A stretch of DNA of 64,000 nucleotides from Bdellovibrionales bacterium (GTDB taxonomy: Bacteria > Bdellovibrionota > Bdellovibrionia > Bdellovibrionales > UBA1609), in assembly GCA_027317865.1 (NCBI GenBank), contig DAHVQG010000007.1, forward strand, positions 86,408 to 150,407, read 5' to 3'. The notes beneath the pieces are model-generated. The model searched no databases, had not been told where the DNA came from, and saw only the letters and a list, made by a program, of their open reading frames with translations. Shown one piece after another: positions 50,355 to 60,234 of the stretch. The first letter of the stretch is position 1, and the number at the start of each line of letters is the position of its first letter. Both the position numbers and the translations under genes were made by a program.

Positions 50355-50585
50355 ATGGAAAGACCCTTATATTTTCGAAGATGCCACATCTGTGGCGGTG
50401 TCACTGAGCGCGAAGGTCATAAGCCGATTGATTATTGCGATCACTGCGGTAAACCTATGGCGCGCTTTCATTACTTTGACGACCGGGTAACTCCGGTAAT
50501 AAGCGACCGCACGCTTCGTGCCCCTGAGCTACCGGGCGAATTTTCACCATTGCACGGGCTTACGGTTTATTGGGAAAGTTTTTAG
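50355..50585 (+). CDS. Small Zn-ribbon protein (hypothetical)
   Basis: CHICGG...(15 aa)...CDHCGK. Confidence 0.4.
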   Translation: MERPLYFRRCHICGGVTEREGHKPIDYCDHCGKPMARFHYFDDRVTPVISDRTLRAPELPGEFSPLHGLTVYWESF

Positions 50586-50658
50586 GTGACATTTCACGCA
50601 TTCCATCGCGTGGTGCCAATCGCTTGACTCAATGTTAAGCTGCGGCCACGATGGCGAA

Positions 50659-51864
50659 ATGAAAATCACATTAGCCGATATTGAAGCTGCCCGCGAGCGA
50701 ATTGCGGGGGTCGCCAATCGCACACCGATCGAGTATTCGGCAACGGCGAGCAAACGTATCGGCGTTGAGGCCTATTTTAAATTTGAAAATTTGCAACGGA
50801 CAGGAAGTTTCAAAATTCGTGGCGCCCTTAACAAAATTTCGACTTTGACTGACTCCGAAAAAAAACGCGGCGTGATTGCCGCGTCGGCGGGCAACCATGC
50901 GCAAGGGGTTGCGCTCAGTGCGACGTTACTCCAAGTTTCGTCGACGATCGTGATGCCTAAAAACTCCTCTATTATCAAACAAGAGGCGACACGCAATTAC
51001 GGGGCGCAGGTGGTTTTGCACGGTGATTTTTACGATGAAGCCTATCAGCATGCGCGCGAAATTGAAAAGAAAACGGGCGCTGTATTTATTCACGCTTTTG
51101 AAGATCCCCATATAATGGCGGGTCAAGGTACAATTGGTCTTGAAATCTTAGAAGACCTGCCGGATCTCGATTCTGTCGTCGTGGCAATCGGCGGCGGCGG
51201 AATGATTTCAGGAATTGCGACAGCCATTAAAGCAAAGCGGCCGACAGTAAAAGTGTTCGGCGCGGTTGCCGCCAATGCTCCCGCAATGGCTGAAATGTTT
51301 CGTGGCCAAACGCCGGTTGCGAGACCGACGTGTATGTCGATTGCCGACGGCATAGCCGTTAAAACTCCCAGTGAAACAATGTTTAAGAATTTTGTTAAAC
51401 CACTTGTGGACGATATCGTGACAATTAGTGAAGACGACATCGCGGAATCGGTTGTATTTCTTCTTGAACGTTGCAAATCGGTAGCCGAAGGTTCGGGCGC
51501 TATTACGCTCGCCGCGGCAAAACAATTGGGTGCGCGTCTGGGTAAAAACACGTGCATCGTTGTGAGCGGCGGCAACATCGATCTCACCTTGATGGAAGAG
51601 ATTCTCGATCGCGGTCTGACTCGAAACGGTCGTCGAACGAAAATTTCAGTGGTGGTCGACGACCGGCCGGGTTCGCTTCTCAAATTAACCAAAATTGTGT
51701 CGCAAAGCGGGGCTAATATTATTCAAGTTGAGCACGACCGCGTGGATCCGGCTCTTCAAATTCGAGAGACCCGAATTTCATTTATTCTTGAGACAAAAAA
51801 TCGCGATCACATCGAAGAAATTCGCGCAGCGCTCAGGCTCGAAGGCGTTCGTATACTACTCTGA
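50659..51864 (+). CDS. ilvA: Threonine ammonia-lyase (PLP-dependent, single ACT-like C-terminal domain)
   Basis: FKFENLQRTGSFKIRGA (PLP Lys), ASAGNHAQG, GGGGMISG. The likely start is MKITLADIE at 50659. Confidence 0.88.
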   Translation: MKITLADIEAARERIAGVANRTPIEYSATASKRIGVEAYFKFENLQRTGSFKIRGALNKISTLTDSEKKRGVIAASAGNHAQGVALSATLLQVSSTIVMPKNSSIIKQEATRNYGAQVVLHGDFYDEAYQHAREIEKKTGAVFIHAFEDPHIMAGQGTIGLEILEDLPDLDSVVVAIGGGGMISGIATAIKAKRPTVKVFGAVAANAPAMAEMFRGQTPVARPTCMSIADGIAVKTPSETMFKNFVKPLVDDIVTISEDDIAESVVFLLERCKSVAEGSGAITLAAAKQLGARLGKNTCIVVSGGNIDLTLMEEILDRGLTRNGRRTKISVVVDDRPGSLLKLTKIVSQSGANIIQVEHDRVDPALQIRETRISFILETKNRDHIEEIRAALRLEGVRILL

Positions 51865-53319
51865 ATTGGCACCAAATCCGCCGCCGCCGCCTGATAAAAG
51901 AGTAATAATGTCACCCTTTTGTACGGTTTGTTCGCCAACTGAGGGTAAAATTGTTTTTTGCCCGTTTGCTGACTGTACAACAATTTCAGCGTCTTGACCC
52001 GACTTACCACCGTCGAGGCCTTCGGCTCGATTTGGGGGGCGCAAATAGTTCCAGCTCATTTTCACCGGCTGGAGAATTTTGAACGATTCGGCCGCGCCTT
52101 GACCGCCGGCGAAGCGGCCGCCGCCGCCCGAATGGGCGCGAATTCCACAATGAACAAATTCAATTTGATATCGACGCTCGAGATCTTCGATCGAATAAGC
52201 GAGTAATGAAAATCGGCGCCACGCAAATCCAGAATCGAGACCGGGGGCCGAACTGGTCGCACCTAAACCAGTAGGCAGCGAAAATAACCACGGGGGGCCG
52301 TCGTTCGGTATCAATTGTAAAGAGCAGTGACTCACGCCACTCATCGCCCAACCCAATTTGCGGTCAATTCGGTACAAAGCGAGTGAGATGATATTGGCCA
52401 AAAGATTCAGCCCATCCGTATGCCCCAGGTAGAGCGGTCGCGGAAACGACGAGTTCACCAGACTTCCTTTTGGTGCTTTGATTTCAAAACGAGAAAGCAC
52501 TCCCATGTTTATGGGGATGTCCGACTTTAATAAACTCAAAAATGTTCCGACGGCGGCGCCGATAGTGGCCGAATCAGTCATAAATAACGTCTGCCCAGCC
52601 GTGGTTCCGGTAAAATCCAAGAAAATGTGGCCGTCACGTATCTCCGCTTTCAAACGGATCGACTCTTTCCCACTCACGTCGATTTCGCTCGTGCCTACGC
52701 CTTCTGGCAGCTCATCGAGCCGACTATGAAAAGCCTGCTCAGAATCGCGCAAATAGTGCCGCCATTGAGTGCGGCTAAAATTTTCTTTGCGTAGTTCATC
52801 TTTTAATCGAGCGCGTAACTTGAGCAGTTGCGCAATCTCAGCTTCAATGCGCAGGAAAAAATCAGCGGGGAGCAGCGGGTGGCTTTTCAGTGCGTCGACG
52901 ATAGTCGGATTGGGCATGCCGTTTGAGAAATAAGGCGACGGCGGGATACGCAGACCTTCATCGTCAATCGTATTGGCTGGGCCGACCTTGGCGACAAATG
53001 TCAGGCGCGACGCCACTAACAATTCGGCCGGTGCCGATTTATTTTTTGTGGTGCGCGTACCCACGCCCATGACAAGAGTGGGGGAGCAGACGACGGTACC
53101 ACCCGAATACGGATCGTTCGTTATCGTGATATCCCCGTCGCGCAGGTGCAAATACTTGTGACTGACTTCTGATGCGAGTGGTAGTGTCCCGATATCGGCG
53201 AGAGACTCTGGCTTTACATAAAGCAATTCAAATTCGCTTGTCATAAGGCATGCGCGATGGAGCGGCCCAAAAAGGCTTTTAAGTTTTTCGTATATACGAT
53301 AACTGTTCAACCGATCCAT
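51856..53319 (-). CDS. Hydantoinase B / oxoprolinase family protein
   Basis: Family-typical C-terminus SGGGGGFG and internal GGTVVCSP. Overlaps its partner gene by 13 nt. Confidence 0.75.
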   Translation of the reverse strand: MDRLNSYRIYEKLKSLFGPLHRACLMTSEFELLYVKPESLADIGTLPLASEVSHKYLHLRDGDITITNDPYSGGTVVCSPTLVMGVGTRTTKNKSAPAELLVASRLTFVAKVGPANTIDDEGLRIPPSPYFSNGMPNPTIVDALKSHPLLPADFFLRIEAEIAQLLKLRARLKDELRKENFSRTQWRHYLRDSEQAFHSRLDELPEGVGTSEIDVSGKESIRLKAEIRDGHIFLDFTGTTAGQTLFMTDSATIGAAVGTFLSLLKSDIPINMGVLSRFEIKAPKGSLVNSSFPRPLYLGHTDGLNLLANIISLALYRIDRKLGWAMSGVSHCSLQLIPNDGPPWLFSLPTGLGATSSAPGLDSGFAWRRFSLLAYSIEDLERRYQIEFVHCGIRAHSGGGGRFAGGQGAAESFKILQPVKMSWNYLRPPNRAEGLDGGKSGQDAEIVVQSANGQKTILPSVGEQTVQKGDIITLLSGGGGGFGANSE

Positions 53320-54692
53320 TCTCTGAAAGCCTCAAATTCATCTATAATTGAAAGTCCGCCCAATGGTTGGGCTAACGCCGCGGCCAGTGGGCCGCAAATT
53401 TTCAAATTTTTATTTAAGCCGTGATTGCGAATTTCGTCCTGCAAGATCTCGCAACCCAGCACGAACAAACGGTCAGCCAATGTTTCACCGGCAAGACGTT
53501 CGTCGTCCGTAAAATTTCGCGCATGAGCCGCAAGTTGTTCAACAAGATGATGTCTACCGCGTTCATTACGTCGATCGGTTATCGGTATCACATCTTGAAG
53601 ATCGTCCGGTTTCATTTGAAGCGCCACAAGGTCAAAAAAAGTGGGAACAAGCCCACGACCAAAAACCATCGGGCCGAGATCGTGCGATGCAATGTCATTT
53701 GAAAATTCGACAGGCGAAATAAAACCTTTAGTTAATAATGAAAGGGGTTGAATGCGCGGAAAAAAGAGCGATGGCGTTGCAAGAGCAAGAGGCCCAAAAG
53801 GCGATGGCCACGACTTTTGCCGCTCGCCGCGACCGGCGAATAATATGAAGTTTTCATATCCGGCGTAAAAAATGGGGCCGTCCTGAGCCATAGACGATGA
53901 TAGTTTTTCGTAATATGAAGTCGCCGCTTTAAGAAGGGGAACGCGGCCGTCGGCGATTTCTTGCAAGGGGTGATCCCCGACAAAAACCAGATTTGTTTCG
54001 CCTGGCGCCAATGTTTCGAACACCGATTGAATTTTTTTAATCCGAGATAAAAAGGGTTCAAAAGAGCGCGCGGTCACAATGGTGGACAAGAAGCGGGACT
54101 TTTCGTCGGTCATCAAATGAAAATCGTGCCCGTTTTGCAAGCAAGATAGGTGGACGCGAAACCCTTTTGTTTCGAAGAATTCTTTCGCGCGCATTTCGTT
54201 TTCATTGTTGCGCGCGGAATGTAGAAAACAGATCGCAATATCTTTTATTTGATGAAGTTGCAGCTTCGAAGCGAGAAACTCAAGTTCGGTGTGATCAACC
54301 GGCTTTTCAATTTGCCCTTGCGCATTGGTTCGTTCAGACACCCCTAAAAAAAGATCGCGGTCAATCGGCATCGCTGGGCGACGAGCCTCGCTCGTAAAGT
54401 GCCACGTTTTGAGCGGCATTGTCATTTCAAGCCAGTTTTCAAAACCGGCGGTAATTAATACGGCTGCCGAATCACTTTGTCCCGATTGGCTCTGCTCAAA
54501 TGGCCAATTTGGATATAATCGAACCTTAGCAACGGTTGAAACTTGAAGCTCCTGCAGGAGTGCCGAAAGAGTCGCCTCGACGTTGGATTGCGGATAATAA
54601 AATCTCCGCTTGTAAAATTCTTTATTCAAAGCGACAAGGTCAGCGAAATGTTCGCCGACACGTAATCCAATTGACCAGGGCATAGCTCGCAT
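53307..54692 (-). CDS. Short, degenerate hydantoinase A / oxoprolinase-N-like protein
   Basis: SIGLRVGEHFADLVAL aligns to the family IGIDVGGTFTD motif but lacks D and GT. LITAGFENWLE and ICFLHSARNNENE match Hydant_A_N patterns. It is 461 aa, versus the ~680 aa I recall as typical (from memory). Confidence 0.5.
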   Translation of the reverse strand: MRAMPWSIGLRVGEHFADLVALNKEFYKRRFYYPQSNVEATLSALLQELQVSTVAKVRLYPNWPFEQSQSGQSDSAAVLITAGFENWLEMTMPLKTWHFTSEARRPAMPIDRDLFLGVSERTNAQGQIEKPVDHTELEFLASKLQLHQIKDIAICFLHSARNNENEMRAKEFFETKGFRVHLSCLQNGHDFHLMTDEKSRFLSTIVTARSFEPFLSRIKKIQSVFETLAPGETNLVFVGDHPLQEIADGRVPLLKAATSYYEKLSSSMAQDGPIFYAGYENFILFAGRGERQKSWPSPFGPLALATPSLFFPRIQPLSLLTKGFISPVEFSNDIASHDLGPMVFGRGLVPTFFDLVALQMKPDDLQDVIPITDRRNERGRHHLVEQLAAHARNFTDDERLAGETLADRLFVLGCEILQDEIRNHGLNKNLKICGPLAAALAQPLGGLSIIDEFEAFREWIG

Positions 54693-54709
54693 CCTATTTT
54701 AAATTTTCT

Positions 54710-55396
54710 ATGCGGTCAGCATCGATTATTATCACAATTGACGGTCCGGCAGCTTCCGGCAAGACTTCGGTGAGCCGGCTCATTGCCGGTCGTCACGGTT
54801 GGGCCTGGGTCTCGACCGGCGCATTTTACCGTGGATTGGCTTATGTGGCGCTAAAAGAACACATAAATATCCAGGACGAAGTGGCACTTGCAAAACTTTG
54901 CGTGTCGCCGATTTGGCGTGTTGTAATGGCCGCCGAACGGACCCAAGTTTTCATGCATGGCGAAGACGTAACCGATACCATTTATTCTGAAGAAATTGGT
55001 TCAGCCGCGAGTCTTGTCAGCCAATTCCCACAGGTGCGTGCGAGTCTTCTCAATGCCCAAAGACTTTGCGCGACTGGTGTCAATGCGCTCCTTGCCGAAG
55101 GTCGTGACTGTGGTACGGTTGTCTTCCCCCTAGCGCAAGTTAAATTCTACCTTACCGCCGGGACCCGTGATCGAGCCGAGAGACGGGCGCGGGAACAGGG
55201 CGCTAATGTTGAAGAAATGCGCCAAGCTCAAGTCAAGCGCGACTACCAGGATAGTTCAAGACGTGCAGCTCCTATGCAAATACCCAGTCAGGCCCACGTT
55301 ATTGACACCACTTCTTTGACTCTTGAACAGGTTGTTGAACAAGTTGATGACATTATCAGGAAAGAGCTTGCCGAACGAAGCCTCTCCCACTTATAA
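54710..55396 (+). CDS. cmk: Cytidylate kinase
   Basis: ITIDGPAASGKTSV, GRDCGTVVFP, RR.R. Confidence 0.92.
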   Translation: MRSASIIITIDGPAASGKTSVSRLIAGRHGWAWVSTGAFYRGLAYVALKEHINIQDEVALAKLCVSPIWRVVMAAERTQVFMHGEDVTDTIYSEEIGSAASLVSQFPQVRASLLNAQRLCATGVNALLAEGRDCGTVVFPLAQVKFYLTAGTRDRAERRAREQGANVEEMRQAQVKRDYQDSSRRAAPMQIPSQAHVIDTTSLTLEQVVEQVDDIIRKELAERSLSHL

Positions 55397-55476
55397 GTAG
55401 CAAAAAAAGGAATGATGCCTTACGGTTGGAGTTCACCCTTCCCTGTATGAGCGGAATTCCCCTAAGGAGGTAATAC

Positions 55477-57297
55477 TTGCACATGACCGAAAGTAACAAA
55501 GCACAAAAATCAAAGGCGAAGGCGGCCTTGGAAGCGGTGTTGGCTGCGTTAGACGCCAATGATGACCAAGTCCCAGCGAATCCGAGTTTATTTACGTTTG
55601 ATAAAAAAAGACCAGATGAATCGTTTGAGAAACTCTTCCGCGCGGAGGTCGACAAAAATGATTTCAAAGTCGGCGACGTGGTAAACGGTCGGGTTGTCGA
55701 GGTCCAAAGCGACTATGTACTGGTTGATATTAATTATAAAAGCGAAGGTTTAATTCCAATTGGTGAATTTCGCGTGGTTGAGGGCGTTCGAAACGTTCAA
55801 GTCGGCCAAGAAGTTCAAGTGTACATTGATAAAATTGAAAATGAAAACGGCATGATTGTTTTGTCAAAAGACAAAGCCGACATGCTACGAGCGTGGGACG
55901 ATATCTCGCGCGCGGCTGAAAATGAAGAAGTCATAGAGGGCACGATCATTGCCAAAGTCAAAGGCGGTCTCAGCGTCGACATCGGCGTTAAGGCATTCTT
56001 GCCGGGCAGCCAAATTGATCTTCGCCCCGTGCGCAATATGGATCAATACATCGGCAAGACTTATAAATTTAAAGTTATTAAATTTAACAAACGGCGCGGC
56101 AACATTGTACTTTCACGTCGCGCACTTCTCGAACAAGAACGCGAGAGCTTACGTTCGCAAACACTTGATTCAATGAAAGAGGGCTCCGTTGTCCGCGGGA
56201 TAGTGAAGAACATCACGGATTACGGCGCGTTCATTGATCTTGGCGGAATGGACGGTCTTTTGCACATCACCGATATGAGTTGGGGGAGAATTAAACATCC
56301 CTCTGAAATTTTGAATGTCGGCGATGAAATTGAAGTCATGGTTCTAAAATATGACAATACAAAAGAGCGCGTGAGTCTTGGCTTGAAACAATTAAAGGCG
56401 GATCCGTGGTCGCAAGTTGCGGCCGAATTCGTGCCGGGCCAAAAAGTGAAGGGCAAAGTTGTAAGCCTCACCGATTACGGAGCGTTTATCGAACTCGCTG
56501 ACGGAGTTGAGGGGCTCATTCATGTGTCTGAGATGAGTTGGACAAAACGGGTGAAACATCCCAATCAAGTCTTGAAAGTCGGTGAAGAAGTTGAAGTGCA
56601 AGTACTTGAAATTGATTCAACGAACCGTCGTATCAGCCTAGGGTTGAAACAGCTCCAGCCGAATCCGTGGGTAGAGCTCAAAGAAACCTATCCGCCGGGT
56701 ACGATTATCGAAGGTGAAGTGAAATCGGTTACGGATTTCGGTATTTTCGTAGGGATTGAAGAAGGAATCGACGGACTTGTACACGTCTCCGATTTTTCAT
56801 GGACAAAACGAATCAACCATCCGTCTGAAATTTATCAAAAAGGCGAGCGAGTTCGCGCGGTGGTGCTCGGCGTTGATATCGAAAACGAACGGTTCAGCCT
56901 TGGGGTGAAACAACTCGAAGCGGATCCGTGGGCAACGGTTGATCAGCAATTCGCGATCGGTTCGCAACATGACGTGAAAGTAGTGAAAACAGCCGATTTT
57001 GGCGTGTTCGTTGAGCTAGCTGAAAATATAGAAGGGCTCATTCACATTTCTGAACTGGCAACGAAACGGATCGAAAAACCTGAAGATGTCGTAAAAGTCG
57101 GGGATACGATCCGAGCCGAGGTGATCTCGATTGATAAAGACGCGCGAAAAATCGCGTTGAGCGCCAAACTCGTCAAACTTCGCGAACAAAAGGCCGACGT
57201 CGCCGATTACGTGAAGAAATCGACGATGTCGTCAAAAACAAGTTTTGGTGATATTTTCGGTGACACGTTAAAAGGTGCGGCGAAAAAAGAAGATTAA
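55477..57297 (+). CDS. rpsA: 30S ribosomal protein S1 (six S1 domains)
   Basis: Six repeats of the G.V..V.DYGAFV...G.EGL.H.SE pattern. Conserved cmk-rpsA synteny. Confidence 0.95.
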   Translation: MHMTESNKAQKSKAKAALEAVLAALDANDDQVPANPSLFTFDKKRPDESFEKLFRAEVDKNDFKVGDVVNGRVVEVQSDYVLVDINYKSEGLIPIGEFRVVEGVRNVQVGQEVQVYIDKIENENGMIVLSKDKADMLRAWDDISRAAENEEVIEGTIIAKVKGGLSVDIGVKAFLPGSQIDLRPVRNMDQYIGKTYKFKVIKFNKRRGNIVLSRRALLEQERESLRSQTLDSMKEGSVVRGIVKNITDYGAFIDLGGMDGLLHITDMSWGRIKHPSEILNVGDEIEVMVLKYDNTKERVSLGLKQLKADPWSQVAAEFVPGQKVKGKVVSLTDYGAFIELADGVEGLIHVSEMSWTKRVKHPNQVLKVGEEVEVQVLEIDSTNRRISLGLKQLQPNPWVELKETYPPGTIIEGEVKSVTDFGIFVGIEEGIDGLVHVSDFSWTKRINHPSEIYQKGERVRAVVLGVDIENERFSLGVKQLEADPWATVDQQFAIGSQHDVKVVKTADFGVFVELAENIEGLIHISELATKRIEKPEDVVKVGDTIRAEVISIDKDARKIALSAKLVKLREQKADVADYVKKSTMSSKTSFGDIFGDTLKGAAKKED

Positions 57298-57321
57298 TAT
57301 ACTGAACGAGGCGAGATCGAG

Positions 57322-58290
57322 ATGCGAAAATTTTTAGGTACGGTATTCATTGTATTACTGGTATTTTTTTTCGCGGGTTGTTTGTTGGTGATGAACGGGG
57401 TGATGAAGCAATTTCATCTCGAGAAACCTAAAATTGCCAGTTCATCGATCTTGCTGATGAGACTTAACGGCGTCATTGTTAACGACCGCAACTTTTTGTC
57501 AAATCTCAACCGGTACGTGAGCGACAGCAACATCAAAGGCGTGCTGGTTCGAGTTAATTCCCCTGGTGGAGTGGTCGGCCCAAGTCAAGAAATGTATGCC
57601 GAACTGAAAAGGGTCCGCACCAAATTGCACAAGCCAGTTGTTGTTTCGGTCGGCTCTATGGCTGCTAGCGGCGCTTATTACGTTTCGTTGGGGGCAAATA
57701 AAATCGTCACGAATCCAGGCAGCATGGTGGGGTCAATCGGTGTGATCATGGAGTTTGCTGATCTTCAAAAGTTGTACAAATGGGCGAAGATCAAAAGATT
57801 TGTGATTAAAACGGGCCCATTTAAAGACTCCGGGGCTGAATATCGGGCGATGAGGCCGGATGAAAAAGCGTATTTTCAAAAACTTGTCGACAATGTTTTG
57901 GTGCAATTTAAAACAGCGGTGGCGAATTCGCGTCACCTTACGATGGCTCAAGTGACGAAACTTGCGGATGGGCGCGTTTTTACCGGCGCTCAGGCCGTTA
58001 AACTTCATTTGGCGGATCAAATCGGAACTCTACAAGACGCCGAAGCTTTACTCGGCAAAATGGCGGGCATCGGCCCAAATCCGACAGTTTTTGTACCTCC
58101 ACCGCGGCATTCTCCGTATCTATTTGATTTGTTGAACACGCGTTCACGTGTTCCCAATTTCAATGCTTCAATTGGTTCGCAGATCGGCTCACAGATTGCA
58201 TTCCAGTTGCGGGATATGCTCCACACGCAATTGTGGGGGCAACCACTTATGATATTGCCGGAGGCAATGAATTTGTTAGGCGGTCAGTAA
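57322..58290 (+). CDS. sppA: Signal peptide peptidase SppA (36K type)
   Basis: NSPGG, GSMAASGAYY (catalytic Ser), GSIGV, FKDSG. Confidence 0.88.
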   Translation: MRKFLGTVFIVLLVFFFAGCLLVMNGVMKQFHLEKPKIASSSILLMRLNGVIVNDRNFLSNLNRYVSDSNIKGVLVRVNSPGGVVGPSQEMYAELKRVRTKLHKPVVVSVGSMAASGAYYVSLGANKIVTNPGSMVGSIGVIMEFADLQKLYKWAKIKRFVIKTGPFKDSGAEYRAMRPDEKAYFQKLVDNVLVQFKTAVANSRHLTMAQVTKLADGRVFTGAQAVKLHLADQIGTLQDAEALLGKMAGIGPNPTVFVPPPRHSPYLFDLLNTRSRVPNFNASIGSQIGSQIAFQLRDMLHTQLWGQPLMILPEAMNLLGGQ

Positions 58291-58799
58291 TGGCAGATTG
58301 GCCGCGATTTCGTGATATCATTTTTCGCCCCGACCGAATCGGTTATGTCCGTAAAGTTATCGGACTCGATGGTTGCGTATTTTGTAAGGCACGCGATCAA
58401 GGTGTGACCTCCGAATCATTATGTGTTTTTCGCAACGAACATGCCATGGCGATTCTGAATAAGTTTCCGTACAATACGGGGCACATCATGGTCCTTCCAA
58501 CACGGCACTGTGGTAGTTTGCTCGACCTGACTGATGATGAATATATGACCGTTCAACAATTAGTGCGTACTGCTGTGCGAATTGTTAAAATCGAATACGG
58601 CGTCGACGGTCTTAATGTCGGGCTAAATATGGGGCGTATTGCGGGTGCCGGGTTGCCAGATCATTTACATTGGCACATTGTCCCCCGGTGGATGGGCGAT
58701 ACCAATTTCTTTCCGCTCATTGCCGAAACCAAAGTGCTCCCTGAGACGCTTGAGCAAACTTACGGCCGTTATATTAAACATTTTGAGACGCAGAAATGA
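58290..58799 (+). CDS. HIT-family nucleotide hydrolase/transferase
   Basis: CVFC, NKFPYNTGHIMV, histidine triad HLHWHIVPRW. The ATG at 58290 overlaps the sppA stop (TAATG). Confidence 0.85.
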   Translation: MADWPRFRDIIFRPDRIGYVRKVIGLDGCVFCKARDQGVTSESLCVFRNEHAMAILNKFPYNTGHIMVLPTRHCGSLLDLTDDEYMTVQQLVRTAVRIVKIEYGVDGLNVGLNMGRIAGAGLPDHLHWHIVPRWMGDTNFFPLIAETKVLPETLEQTYGRYIKHFETQK

Positions 58800-59230
58800 A
58801 AATGGTTGGCGCAACCGGCGGTGATTTTGAGTTTGATCATGTCGGTATAGCCGTGACCGCGTTACAAGATGCGAGCCGCTTTTATTCTGCATTGGGGTTA
58901 AAACTCGGGTCAGCCGAAGAAGTCCCGTCTGAAAAGGTGCGAGTCCAGATGTTCAATCTTAATAATAATTGTCGAATTGAACTTTTGGAGCCGACATCAC
59001 CCGACAGTACAGTGGCGCGATTTCTTGAAAAGCGAGGGCCTGGTATTCATCATATTTGTTTGCGCGTTTCGGATATTCGCGAGACTTTAAAAAGACTAAA
59101 GTCGGCCGGAATTCGCCTCATTCATGACAAACCGATTCGAGGAGCGCACAATTGTGAAGTGGCATTTGTGCACCCTTCAGCTACGGGAGGCGTGCTTATT
59201 GAACTCAGTCAACCACTGGAGGGGCATTGA
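58796..59230 (+). CDS. Methylmalonyl-CoA epimerase (VOC/glyoxalase fold)
   Basis: FDHVGIAV, IELLEP, GPGIHHICLRV, GVLIEL. Confidence 0.82.
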   Translation: MKMVGATGGDFEFDHVGIAVTALQDASRFYSALGLKLGSAEEVPSEKVRVQMFNLNNNCRIELLEPTSPDSTVARFLEKRGPGIHHICLRVSDIRETLKRLKSAGIRLIHDKPIRGAHNCEVAFVHPSATGGVLIELSQPLEGH

Positions 59231-59985
59231 GCTTTAGGCAAGATCTTCAAGCCGTAATGCCATTTCGCGGTAATGTCCGCCGCCTCGTGATCGCCAACGT
59301 GGTGATTTGGATCGTTTGCGTTTTAATTCTAAGCAATTTTGTTCTTCGCAATAACCAAATCAATCTTTGGTTCGGTTTCGTGCCGCTACGCTTTTTTACG
59401 AAATTTTGGGTTTGGCAGCCGTTTACTTACATGTTCATTCACGCCGACAATATATTTCACATATTGTTCAACATGTTAATGCTTTGGTGGGTAGGCTCTG
59501 AACTCGAGACTTATTGGGGCGGGCGTTACTTTTTGTTTTATTATTTTACCTGTGGAATAGGTGCGGCACTCATCTACTGTACCGGCGTGTTCATTTATTA
59601 TTGGTTTACCGGTAACGTGTCAGTTTTACATGCGCCGATGATTGGCGCTTCTGGGGCCATTTTTGGGCTCCTTCTAGCTTATGGCGTGCTGTTTGGCGAG
59701 CGGGTGATTTTGTTTTTATTCTTGTTCCCGATGAAGGCGAAATATTTCGTTATGATTATCGGCGGAATTGCCCTTATGAACCTGCTTTCGCAGGGGCCAA
59801 CAAGTGAAGTTGCGAGTCTTGCCCATCTAGGTGGCCTCGTAGTTGGATGGATTATCATGAAATCGGGGCCGAAATGGCGCGACTTTTTGATGAAACGGCG
59901 GAATCGAGCGCATGGACGAAAGCTAAAACTGGTGGTAGACAATGATCGACGCGATGGCCGGGGTCCGAGCCGTTATTGGAACTGA
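59227..59985 (+). CDS. Rhomboid-family intramembrane serine protease
   Basis: HILFNM, GASGAIFGLL (catalytic Ser), AHLGGL (catalytic His). Confidence 0.85.
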   Translation: MSFRQDLQAVMPFRGNVRRLVIANVVIWIVCVLILSNFVLRNNQINLWFGFVPLRFFTKFWVWQPFTYMFIHADNIFHILFNMLMLWWVGSELETYWGGRYFLFYYFTCGIGAALIYCTGVFIYYWFTGNVSVLHAPMIGASGAIFGLLLAYGVLFGERVILFLFLFPMKAKYFVMIIGGIALMNLLSQGPTSEVASLAHLGGLVVGWIIMKSGPKWRDFLMKRRNRAHGRKLKLVVDNDRRDGRGPSRYWN

Positions 59986-60005
59986 TGGTTTGAAAGGAGT
60001 TTTAA

Positions 60006-60212
60006 GTGAGTTTACGTAAGTCACTTGATAAATTAAAATTCGATGTGCGCATGGCGGACATCAACTTGAAGTCACAGCTCGTGACATCTGAAGAGCTGAA
60101 TAAAAATCGTGAATCTTTACCTGATCTAAAAGATCAAGCGACAATTATTGATCTTGAAAACTCAAATTTGACTAACGGTGCGGATCGATTTGCCGATTCG
60201 GAAATGAACTAG
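60006..60212 (+). CDS. Small hypothetical protein
   Basis: ORF only. GTG start after aaaggag. No motif. Confidence 0.3.
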   Translation: MSLRKSLDKLKFDVRMADINLKSQLVTSEELNKNRESLPDLKDQATIIDLENSNLTNGADRFADSEMN

Positions 60213-60234
60213 AACACCCACATTATTAGTGGAT

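Noticed and set aside
51123-51692. 189-aa antisense ORF inside ilvA. Similar long shadow ORFs occur at 49677-50237, 21792-22259, 17298-17762, 4529-4849, 12216-12476 and 8406-8630.
   Set aside because: Each lies wholly within, or out of frame with, a gene that has strong family motifs or a signal peptide. Their translations are low-complexity (Arg/Ser/Pro-rich) with no motifs. They are typical shadow ORFs.
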